NCBI GenBank assembly: GCA_905331295.1 | Contig: CAJNYD010000133.1 | Coordinates: 124,001-169,965, forward strand | Direction of reading: 5' to 3' | Length of the DNA: 45,965 nt | Origin: Rotaria socialis | Taxonomy: Eukaryota | Shown: positions 1 through 10,174 of the stretch, piece after piece | Layout: each line of letters opens with the position of its first letter | Position numbering within the stretch: position 1 is the first letter of the stretch | The notes under the pieces: model-generated | What the model was told of the DNA's origin: nothing | What the model saw: the letters and a program-made list of their open reading frames with translations, nothing else | The model's database searches: none | Program-made: the position numbers and the translations under genes

Positions 1-185
1 TTGATCGTTTGTATTGGACCAAATCTTTCAAAAGTTTTGTTATCATAACCTGATTGATGTCTAGTTTGTAATCCTAATCTGCAACCGTAAATGAGTCTCA
101 GCAACCCATAAATCGAGTATTGTTTCTGGCACACGGCTCACTCTCTAAAATTCTTGTCCATTATTGTGGAAAAAACATTTCTTAC

Positions 186-224
186 CCATGCATTGTCTCC
201 AGATATAAGCGTGGCGTTGTCCAT
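186..224 (-). CDS. Possible first coding exon of an ammonium transporter (Amt/Mep family); the rest would lie beyond the window start
   Basis: caacaaaATGG start, 13 codons MDNATLISGDNAW, then a phase-0 GTAAG donor at 185. (S/T)GD(N/T)AW is the usual motif preceding TM1 of Amt/Mep proteins. No convincing second exon inside the window. Confidence 0.35.
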
Positions 225-1225
225 TTTGTTGTGTATCGATTCAGAGATTAGAAAATGTAATGTCACTCAGTTAACAAAAAAGTAATATAAGTGGATGAAG
301 AAGCTAATTCTGCATCTGCTATTTTATACTGTTTTGAAAAGCTCTCTCCTTCTTTCTTTCTCTCTTTATCCTCGTTGAATCTTACTTGTTGTTTCGGCAT
401 TTTTCATGAAGATAAAATGAGTTGCTAATGATGCCCGATTTTTTTACTTATTTTAAAATGCATTTCCTGTGAGCATGATCTTACAACATAAGTGTTTAAT
501 TAGCTGCAATTTTCTAACATATCCGTTCGATGGAAGGCTAGATAGCATTTAAGGGGAGTGTCGTTACTACCACTGCGAAACAGTATGAAGAAAAGAGTGA
601 TAATATGATGATAAGAAAAAATGCAATGAGATGAATATGGGCGTGTCTTATCGAATCTCAACAGGTGTTCTTTCACAGATTTCCGCAAGACTATTTTGGA
701 TGACAACTAATACCTTGGTAAAAAAATATCATCCCTCGTAAAATTCATATCACCATTTTTAAACTTAGCAAATACGCAACCACCATTAATTTTCTTCAAT
801 CTTTTCCAAAAACGAGCCAATATTTAAATCTAAACAAATACATTTGTATTCATTTGTTTCCAATGATCATGGTGGAACGTTAATTCAAAATAGCGCATTC
901 GTTGAAATTAGTGACTATATAATAAAAATTAAACAGCGACAAACTCGTTGATTTAGAGTTTATAATTTTGACTGTAAGTGAGAATGTGATATAATAAGAT
1001 CATCTACTGTTCATCTATCTACCAGTATCATCAAACCAACTGAATCACTATCTGATGAACATGAATCTATGCTTCTTAGCAAATGAATGGATAAATGTTC
1101 CAGCAATTCTTTTGTTTCATCTATACTTTTGTTTTAGTTTAGTTTTATAGAAAGATATAAGATATTTCGATGACAATAAAATTTAAACTCATCAGCTGAT
1201 TCCATTATGGAACTTTGAAGATTTA

Positions 1226-1486
1226 TGTGAGTGTGGGTGAATGAAAGATGCGCCCGCGCTCACACTATTTATTTCATATAATCACTACAGACATGATACG
1301 AACATTTATACATTATAATACTCGAGATTTTCATTCGTCTTGCTATATAAGAGTATCTCTAACCATTGCTTGATATTCATTCTCGTCAAATGAGAGAGCT
1401 TCTCGCCATGTTTCTCTAAGACGAAATGCGTCATGTTATGTTTTGAATCTATTTAAGTCTATATAGTACACCTTCACGCACTCACA
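1226..1486. repeat. Small inverted-repeat element with a terminal hairpin (possible MITE or Helitron-derived remnant)
   Basis: TGTGAGTGTGGGTGAA (1226) pairs imperfectly with both CGCCCGCGCTCACA (1251-1264) and TTCACGCACTCACA (1473-1486). No TSD identified. Confidence 0.3.
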
Positions 1487-2165
1487 GCTTTTTTTTTAGT
1501 TTTACTATTAAAGCATCAGTTTATTCTTGTCGAACTCATACATACTTTCGAACAAAAAAATATAGTGCGTAAGTTTAAAGGCGAAGTTGTAGCGATTATC
1601 TAGCTCTATATTACCGACCATAGTAACGAAGGTGCTCATCGCAAACAACCCATCTCTCTCTCTCCATTCTCATTACAGACTTGAGCAGTACAATAAAAAA
1701 AACAGGCACCAGATATTGTAAAATCTTTTTCAGAATACAAGTCCACTTACAAATTAAAAAATAATAATGAAGATAAAGGAAATGTGCGTGTTCCACATTG
1801 CAGTCAGATGCAACTGCGCGAATAAAACATTTTACAGTTTGATCCTACAAGAATTCTGCGCATAGTGTTTTTTTTATCTTTCAAATATCGGTAAATTTTT
1901 GACGGTAGCCAAACTGGCATTCGTATTTCATGGTGGCTATCAGATCATTTTAAATTTGTTATAACGATTCTGTCTATATAGCTGATGAATTCGAATTCTG
2001 TACAACTAAACAAATAACACACTTCCAACATTATATCTTGTTTTATATCTCGGCTCTGTTAAATATTAGTAGATAAATATCGTAAAAGTGTTAGTACTGT
2101 TTCTTTGTTTTTATTTTGATACAATAAAAAGACACCTTAAAGAGAAATATGAGAAGAAAAAATTG

Positions 2166-3311
2166 TCAGTTCTTTGAGTTTTTACCTTGGGTAGAATACA
2201 TTCGATTTTTATAAACGTGTTTTAGAACAGTCCAAATTCTATAAAAGTCTAAAAATTTATATGCGGGTATAAGCGATGTTGAACAAACAATAAGTGGCGA
2301 TCTTGATGATTCTACGTTTTGCTTCTTAATAATATTTATACATTCGTCTGTACTGCCAAGATGATAAGTAAATGGTATATTATTACAAATAAATCTAAGT
2401 CGTTCAGGTAAAATTCCTGTTATATATACATCCGAAAAACGAAATGGAGACTTATCTTTTAAGCCTTCTTCTGTAAGTAAATTTCGTGTTTTGGAATCCA
2501 TTAAATAACCGAAAACTAAAATTTAGAAAACAATTCTTAGTAAAATTCATTATTAAAACAAGAAATACAAACTAGAACAATAAGGTGGATATAAATCTTT
2601 TGGATACTCTTTATAACTAACATAAAATGGGCTCAGTTTATCTCGGTGTGGTCTACTTGCTTGGAACATTCTCCCAAAAAGAAATTTATTTGCACCAGGA
2701 TTAATATGAGCAGTAAAAAGGGATTCTAATGAATTATTATATAAATATCTATTTTGATATTGTTGCGGATTAGTTGTAAGTTCTTGAATAAGTTCATGTA
2801 AAAGAAAGGTATTCACAAAAAAATAATCATTAGTTTTAAATGTAAATGTTACATTCGAACAATATTTTTCCAACCATTTATAGGCATGTAATTCTTTTCC
2901 TACTATTGAATCATCGTCAACAGTTAAATAAAGTAAATCATGTTTACTTTTTGCTTCATTTAATAATTCTTCAAACATACTATTGCCATCTTGATAGCCA
3001 ACCACGAAAATACATTGGGAACGTATATTCATCAAATTTGGCATTGATCCCCACGTTTCACGGATTGATTCTCGCTCAAGAAAATGTGAACTCGATGAAA
3101 TAATAATAATAATAAGATCGATATCATTTGAAGAACATAACTCAATATTATGTTCCATTGGTGACGATCGGCGTAGTGCATGTAAATATACGATTTTTTC
3201 AGTTGAATCACGTGTAACTTCCGAGATGCTGACGAATACATACCCACCGATATAAAATATCAAACAGCCAAAGAATAAAGTAAATATTCGTTTTCTACAA
3301 TGCCGTCGCAT
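2166..3311 (-). CDS. Beta-1,3-galactosyltransferase-like protein (GT31), type II membrane; 2 exons (3311-2573, 2515-2166)
   Basis: N-terminal TM helix and motifs RESIRETWG, FVVG, KTNDYFFVN, YPPYCS-(I)FGYLM, DVYITGI. A 57-nt GT..AG intron (2572-2516) joins the two ORFs in frame. Confidence 0.88.
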
Positions 3312-3972
3312 TGTTTTGCTCGTTTTAATAACTAACTAACTAACTGTAAAAATAGTTTCGCAGTGTAGTTTAAAAATGATTTATTATTTCTTAAGCAGTT
3401 TACACAATTTCACATGAGAAATGGTCTTATATATTCGAAGAAGAAGAAGAAAAGGTAAAAAGAAATTCAATTTTGTTTTTCTTTCGGGATACTCATATGT
3501 TACAAAATTCAGGAGTAAATTCGATGGCATTTATTTTTCTTCTTCCTCGCTCATTACGTTTTAGATTTTTTTTCACGAAGTCACATACATTTTTGAGGAA
3601 AATAGTGATTGCAAGGTTTAAGTTGGATTTTTCGCGCCTTTCCCTTCCCCACCTTCATTTTAGGCACCCACGTACTACAGACCTCACCAATCAAATCAAA
3701 ATCAATCACTTGCAGAAAATGTTTTTTTAGGAATAGAATATAAGTGAAGTTACAAAGTTGAAAAATAATTCAGATAAGGAGATACGAGATTTCTACATTT
3801 CAGTCTGATAGGGTTACGCTAACAAGCCTTTTCAATAAAATCTAGTGGATCGATGTTATTGATATTATAGATATTAATATTCATTCTCTCCGTTCTTGTT
3901 TCATTATTGTAATATCAAGAACCAATTCTATTCGATTTAACAATTGCGAAAAGATGTGGATGCAGGTGTGTT

Positions 3973-4228
3973 TGGAGGTGTCAGCCGAAGGGTTGAACGG
4001 CGGCGGCTGCTACAAGTTCTTAAATTTTTTCCACAGCAGCGGCGCCGGCTGATATTTGTAACTCCTTATGTCGCGGCGGCGGCTGAGTTAAAAATTCACT
4101 GGCAAAAATTAAAAGAAAAATGGTCTATTCGATCGTATATGTATTGATGTCAGCGGCGGCTCCCCAAAAATTCTTAAAATTACCAGTAATTTGGTGGCGG
4201 CGGCTCAGCCGTACGGCTGACACCTCTA
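3973..4228. mobile_element. Non-autonomous hAT-type MITE
   Basis: 15-bp TIRs TGGAGGTGTCAGCCG / CGGCTGACACCTCTA (1 mismatch), exact 8-bp TSD GGTGTGTT (3965-3972, 4229-4236), internal GCGGCGGCT repeats. Confidence 0.85.
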
Positions 4229-6232
4229 GGTGTGTTTCTGAATATATAAGTAGAAACCAAGCTAACATAGGGTACATTTCGAATGTAACTTAAATATCTT
4301 TATCATCAGGTATGCTCGTGTTCATTGTAGGTCTTAACAAACTGTAGGGTTGGTCAATGAAGAATTTTCTGATCAATTTTATATACATATGTGGCAGGCG
4401 AGTTTGGAATTTAGTTGAGTTTGGAATAGCTTTTTCTTAATTTTTTTAATAGAATTTTTGTTGAGATCTGCCTTTAGAAAATTTTGTATTGATAATTATT
4501 TCTTCCATCTTTTTACAAGGTTTTCATATAAATTCAACTCTCTGTACATTTATTAAACTATGGAGACATGGGGACATTGAATTTATCTGAGAAAAATAAA
4601 TTTTTTTATTTATACAACTTTTATAAATCAAATATAAAAATGTACTAAACATCCTTGTAATACCATCTGATGATTAATTCAGAGGAGATTAATCATATTA
4701 TGACTCATACCGGTAGAATTTAAACAAAACAAAAATTTTATTATTATTATTATTATTATTATACATAAAGCACAAGGTAATCATTTACCTATAATTTTTT
4801 TCATTCATTCGATTCAATTTACTAGTGAAATTCTTTTTCCTTTTAAATATATTTTATTTTATGAAACACGAGCAGGGGAAAAAAATTCAAATAATTTTAT
4901 TTCGCGCATTCCAATCTCAACTGAAATTCTCATGTCAACTGTGACATATACGTTTATGAAGTTTTTGGCTTTCTGTTGATATCAATTCGGTGAAATAGGC
5001 CATGTTACCTGTTGCTCATCGAATTTACAAGTTTCTATATTCATGATATTTCGAATGAGCGTCTTTGTTTCTTGAGGGTGTGGGTGATGGAAGCTTTGAT
5101 ATTCATACACTATGATATGCGACATATTTTACTTTTCAATATTTGTACCTGCTATCAAATTCAAAGTAATCATGCTTTCCGTTCTTAAGAAATTGAAGTG
5201 AACACGATGCAATCAGCTTAAACCTATAATTTTATAACACCTTTCATAAGACTGAAAAGTAAAAAGTAACACGTTCTTTTCCGATTCTTATGCTGATAAG
5301 ATTAATCCAATAAATATCAGTTCAACTAGCATATGAAACTTTATATAACTTCCTTTTAATTCTTTGCTCTACATTTTATTTCAATATACATAAGTATATA
5401 CTATATCTGAATCACAAAAATAAAACAGGAAACTTCATATCATCTTCTTATTGTAAACATATATTCATTCCTATTTTTCATGCGATAGCAACTATGCAAA
5501 ATAGAGAAAGCATTTGATAACATAACAAATGCGTCTAAATTCGGACTCTAGCAAAATAATCTAAGATAAGGAGTTAAAACGTACTATTCCAAAATGAATA
5601 AAATAATAAACATTGATTTCCGTAATATTAATCAAAGCAGCTTTATCGCGATTAATTTTGCCTGATGATGCAACGAAAAATACGTCACTATGTGAACTAT
5701 ACAATTGAATTCCATGATGAATTTTATTTCTGTTGTTAAAACTTTACTTTCAAGTATGATTTGGGGTGAAAGTATTGAACTTCTTCTTTTGTTATCTGAT
5801 GTTCAATAGGAACCTCAGTGTAGACTTTCCTAGCTATGAAATGCAATGCTCCATTTTGCTTTTTCATAAGATTTATACGCTAACAGAAACTAAGTAAATC
5901 GATAGAATATGGTAGTGTGAGCAAACAAAAAACAGAAGAATCTTAGTTACATCACGAGCGCAGGTAACAGCGTAGGTCCATGAATGAAAATGATAGACGC
6001 CCGCAGTCTAATCGAATTCATCGCTGTTTTTTTAGATAGAAATCATCCAATACAATAATTTTCGTATTACATCGAAAGTTTATCTGCTCTACTTCGTATC
6101 AGACCATGCATCTTTGTTGAATTAAAAAAAAAGAGAAAAAATCTTTTATCAATACTCCTATTGCGTGCATACATTTAAGATAAGGACATTACCATTACAA
6201 ATTCTTTTTTGAAGAAAATTAGAAAATAACCG

Positions 6233-8332
6233 ATGGATCGTTCTCAAAATTGGTTTTTTGTTCTGAATATTCTGTTTATGTTTCCATATATTCAAGCATT
6301 GAATCTTACTGTCGAATGTTGGAATTTGGTGGAGATTTCATTAAATGCTGCCGGTAACTATTCGAGTCCATACATAGATGTCGATGATCTGCGTGCAACA
6401 TTTATATCATCAACTGGGATTTCTATGACTATGCCAGGCTTTTGGGATGGTGGGCAAACGTGGAAAATTCGTTTTGCTCCCATTGTTGATGGTATTTGGA
6501 CTTATACAACAAAGGCGAATGATGTTGGTCTCAACAATCAAACTGGTTTCATCATGTGTACACCTTACACTGGTACATTATCAATCTATCAGCATGGTTT
6601 TATGAAACCCAGTGCAAATAATCGATACTTGACATATGCTGATGGAAAACCTTTCTATTGGCTAGGAGATACACATTGGTCAGGCTTTAACATTGCAGAA
6701 CGGTTTAATGAATCAAATGATGTACGTTTTAGTTCAATGTTCAAAGGTATGATTGATCGACGACTAGAACAAGGTTTTACTGTTTGGAAGGCGGAAACGT
6801 TTGCTAACAATAATGAGCAAGGTAATCCAGCTCGCAATGAAGGTGGACCAGCATGGAATAATGATAAATTTTTTATTGATTTAAATCCAGCATTCTGGCA
6901 GAATATCGATCAACGCATTGCATATTTGGCGAGTAAAGGAATGGTCATTTCAATGGCACAAGGGATTGGTCGAAGTATGAAAAATGCTTCTGCCGAATCT
7001 GATCACAAACGATTAGCACGTTACATACTTGCACGATACGGTGCCTATCCAACTGTATGGATAACTGCGCAAGAATTTAACGATGTGGCTTCTGGAGCAT
7101 GTGGTCAATGTTGGGCACATGTTGCTGAATACGTATACGACCTTGATCCATACAAACGTGCCAATAGTATGCATAATGCTTACACAAATCCAATAGTTTA
7201 TCACGATCAATCATGGTATGGATTTGTTACACTTCAGCAAAGTCATAATCGCGTAAGTTCAGTGGATTACTGGCTTACACAATATAATGCCATTCCACCA
7301 CGACCTATTCTTGAAGACGAAGCCAATTATGAAGATATTATTCCATGGTATGGTGGTGGAGTAATCACACCTAAATGGAAAACTCGTCAGAGTGCATGGC
7401 AATCACAAATTGCTGGAACTTTTGGTTTTACCTACGGAGCCCAAGGTATCTGGTGGGCTTGTTATACAACGAAAGAAATAAATTATAATTGTGGTAACGG
7501 TAGTGATGCACGATCTTGGAATACAGCGATCGATTTTCCTGTTGGTGAACAAATGTCTTTTATGGCAAACTTTTGGGGAGCACTTGATTGGTGGACATTG
7601 GCACCCGATGAAAATGCTATTAGTTGGTTAGCTGCTCCAAATAATACTCAAAGACCTTATCAAAAAACGAATGGAAATAATCGTACGCTAGTGATTGCTT
7701 ATTTACCATTGCAATTAAATGGTACTGTTTATAATGGAACAGTAAGAAACTTATCACCTACTGGCGTGTACATGTCTCAATGGTTTAATCCACGTAATGG
7801 TACTTACTCAATGATAGATGCAGGATGGATGCCTACAAAATCTGGTCTATGGGATATTCCAAATCAACCTACTTCTACCGATGATTGGGCACTTAAGATT
7901 CAACTCATCAATGGTTCGAACACATCACCCAACTACGCATTTGGTATGAATATAAAGAGATCATCAGATCAGAACATAAATGATCGATTTAGCAAAGCTG
8001 CTGCGGATGGTAATTTAAGTACAAGTTGGCAAATCAATAATGCACAAGGATTGAATAATTCATGGTTAACAGTAGACTTTTGTGTTAATGTTACTTTTAA
8101 CAAAGTGCGAATTATTACATATGGCCAACGTACTACTGTCTATTATATCGAATATTGGAATGGTACGAATTGGTTCATTGCTTATACGGAATCTACTATA
8201 AATAATAATGATGATATTACTTTTAGAGCAGTTACAGGTAGTCAAATGCGTATTGCATTCCCTTCAGACAAAGGATACTCGTCAATCGTCTATGAAGTTG
8301 AAGTTTATGTTTTAACTTCAACAGACATATAA
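6233..8332 (+). CDS. Secreted glycoside-hydrolase-like protein: DUF5060 + DUF4038 (apiosidase/GH140-like) + collagen-binding-like domain + F5/8 type C (CBM32-like)
   Basis: 699-aa intronless ORF with a signal peptide. Motifs GFWDGGQTWKIRFAP (DUF5060), RYLTYADGKPFYWLGDTHW, RYILARYGAY, ILEDEANYE, GFTYGAQGIW, WFNPRNG..DDWAL, and a C-terminal DGNLSTSW..WLTVDF..IVYEVEV discoidin signature. Confidence 0.9.
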   Translation: MDRSQNWFFVLNILFMFPYIQALNLTVECWNLVEISLNAAGNYSSPYIDVDDLRATFISSTGISMTMPGFWDGGQTWKIRFAPIVDGIWTYTTKANDVGLNNQTGFIMCTPYTGTLSIYQHGFMKPSANNRYLTYADGKPFYWLGDTHWSGFNIAERFNESNDVRFSSMFKGMIDRRLEQGFTVWKAETFANNNEQGNPARNEGGPAWNNDKFFIDLNPAFWQNIDQRIAYLASKGMVISMAQGIGRSMKNASAESDHKRLARYILARYGAYPTVWITAQEFNDVASGACGQCWAHVAEYVYDLDPYKRANSMHNAYTNPIVYHDQSWYGFVTLQQSHNRVSSVDYWLTQYNAIPPRPILEDEANYEDIIPWYGGGVITPKWKTRQSAWQSQIAGTFGFTYGAQGIWWACYTTKEINYNCGNGSDARSWNTAIDFPVGEQMSFMANFWGALDWWTLAPDENAISWLAAPNNTQRPYQKTNGNNRTLVIAYLPLQLNGTVYNGTVRNLSPTGVYMSQWFNPRNGTYSMIDAGWMPTKSGLWDIPNQPTSTDDWALKIQLINGSNTSPNYAFGMNIKRSSDQNINDRFSKAAADGNLSTSWQINNAQGLNNSWLTVDFCVNVTFNKVRIITYGQRTTVYYIEYWNGTNWFIAYTESTINNNDDITFRAVTGSQMRIAFPSDKGYSSIVYEVEVYVLTSTDI

Positions 8333-9024
8333 TAAGTTTACTGTCAAAATTTGTAATAAAGTTCTATAGACTGTTCAAAAAAGAAAATTATACTTTTCTA
8401 TCGTATCTACTAACCACTCTCGAAAACACAATGGCGTCTTGCTAAAATTTAAATGATTCTATATCACATCTTCTTTTTATTCCTTTGAAAAATGTTCGGC
8501 GCTGCTAAAAGCTGACTTCTTCGACACATTGAGTTCCGAATGATTAGTTCAATATAAATTCAACTCCCACTATGTATTAAAAATTTCACATTTATCCACT
8601 CTCACCTATGTGTTCTTATCGGTCTGACTTTGAATGTGCTTTTTATATAGCCGAGCCCGAGTGTGTATTCCATCGTAGACGATATTTAAAATTTTTTTTC
8701 AATGAATCAATACTTTAATACGTAATCTTCCACTAGATAAGTCTTACTGATATGAAACGCGAAGTAGCTTTGATATACAGCACATGAAAGCCAAGAAGCT
8801 TTGTTTTGGAATTAGCGCTAGTTTAGGCGTAACCGAAGAGAATCTTAAAAAGTTCAATGTTTCTTATGGAACGTTACATGGTTTCACGTGGCACCCTTTT
8901 ATTAGGAAGTATATCCACAGTCTCCAGATTGATTCCTTTATATTCTTATCTCTTGGGCTACTTGGACCAATGAAATAAAAATTGAAAACGATATCGCTTT
9001 AAAATTTGAGATCATTATTTATTC

Positions 9025-9777
9025 GGTGTGCCGTAGAAAGACCGAAAGGAAAAATGTCGAAAGGGAAAAATATCGAAAGGAAAAATATAGAAAATGACGA
9101 AAGGAAAAATGTCGAAAGAAAAATGTCGAAGGAAAAATATCGAAAGAAAAAATATCGAAAGGGAAAAATATCGAAAATTTGCACTAAGATGTTTTTATTC
9201 TTGAAATCATAATAGCATCATAGCATAGATCATAGATAAATAAGAGTTATAAAGAAAAATACACATATCCAATATTTACTAGTTGTTGCTGTTGTATTCA
9301 GTTTGAAAATATATTTATCTGATACAAGGAAAGGTTTTCCTTTTTACGACTGAATAAATGAAATAACTGGAGTTGGCGGATGATTCTCACCAGATAAAAA
9401 TGAGCAAGCTGTAGTCATCATGATAAAATTTTAATCGTTGTATACTATTTTACGCCTATTTTAGCTAGTTTTCATAAGATATTACTTATCAATAGTATCA
9501 AGGGCTATCATTGTCAAACCAATGGAATAATCAGATCAACAACAATGAACAACAAACTATTAGAACCTTCATTTAGTAGACGTCGCTTTTTTTATCTTTT
9601 CTGTTTTCGACATTTTTCCTTTTCGATATTTTTCTTTCGACATTTTTCCTTTTCGACATTTTTCTCTTCGACATTTATCCATTCGACATTTTTCCCTTTC
9701 GATATTTTTCTTTCGGTGTTTTTCTTTCGGTATTTTTCCTTTCGATATTTTTCCTTTCGGCCTTTCTACGGCCAACC
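9025..9777. mobile_element. Foldback-type non-autonomous DNA transposon with tandem subterminal repeats (Mutator- or Merlin-like)
   Basis: Ends GGTGTGCCGTAGAAAGACCGAAAGG / CCTTTCGGCCTTTCTACGGCCAACC. Arrays of a ~15-bp unit TCGAAAGGAAAAAT(A/G) at 9040-9180 and inverted at 9600-9760. Exact 8-bp TSD ATTTATTC (9017-9024, 9778-9785). Confidence 0.85.
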
Positions 9778-10174
9778 ATTTATTCTACCCCAACCGTTAA
9801 TTGAGTTAGTACACAGGCATTGCAGCATGCCACTTTCTGACTTCAGAGACGAAGAAAAGGAAGGTGGCTCTGTCGTCGAATGCTATTTTTTAATAGTAAT
9901 GTTGACAGTAACAACAAATTTTCATTCTTCCTTTCTTTCGCACGTTGTCGCGAGCGAACTTGCGCTTGTTAGCCTATTGTTGTGTTTGTGGCAAATATAT
10001 TGAATAGAAAAAGGTAACATACTTCAATAGTAATAAAAATAAAAGAACGACAATGTCGCGCAGAGCATCGCTGAAAAAAAAGAAAGCAAGCTATAATAAA
10101 AAGAAAATTTTATATCTTTTCATCAACATTCATTTTTCGATTGTTGAATTTTGAAGACTGATACCTAATACAAT

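Noticed and set aside
85..145. TGC-TGA frame (RFMGC*DS) as a selenoprotein exon
   Set aside because: It needs an unusually short ~40-nt intron, hits TAG shortly after, and no SECIS or family motif is recognisable.
3944..4147. 67-aa ORF
   Set aside because: Lies within the hAT MITE and has a non-ATG start.
9040..9760. CRISPR-like repeat array
   Set aside because: Units are contiguous without unique spacers, are inverted at the two ends, and sit in eukaryotic DNA with no cas genes.
8999..10003. K/E-rich and F-rich ORFs (8999-9184, 9006-9212, 9545-10003, 9569-9775)
   Set aside because: Translations of the 15-bp tandem repeats in the foldback element.
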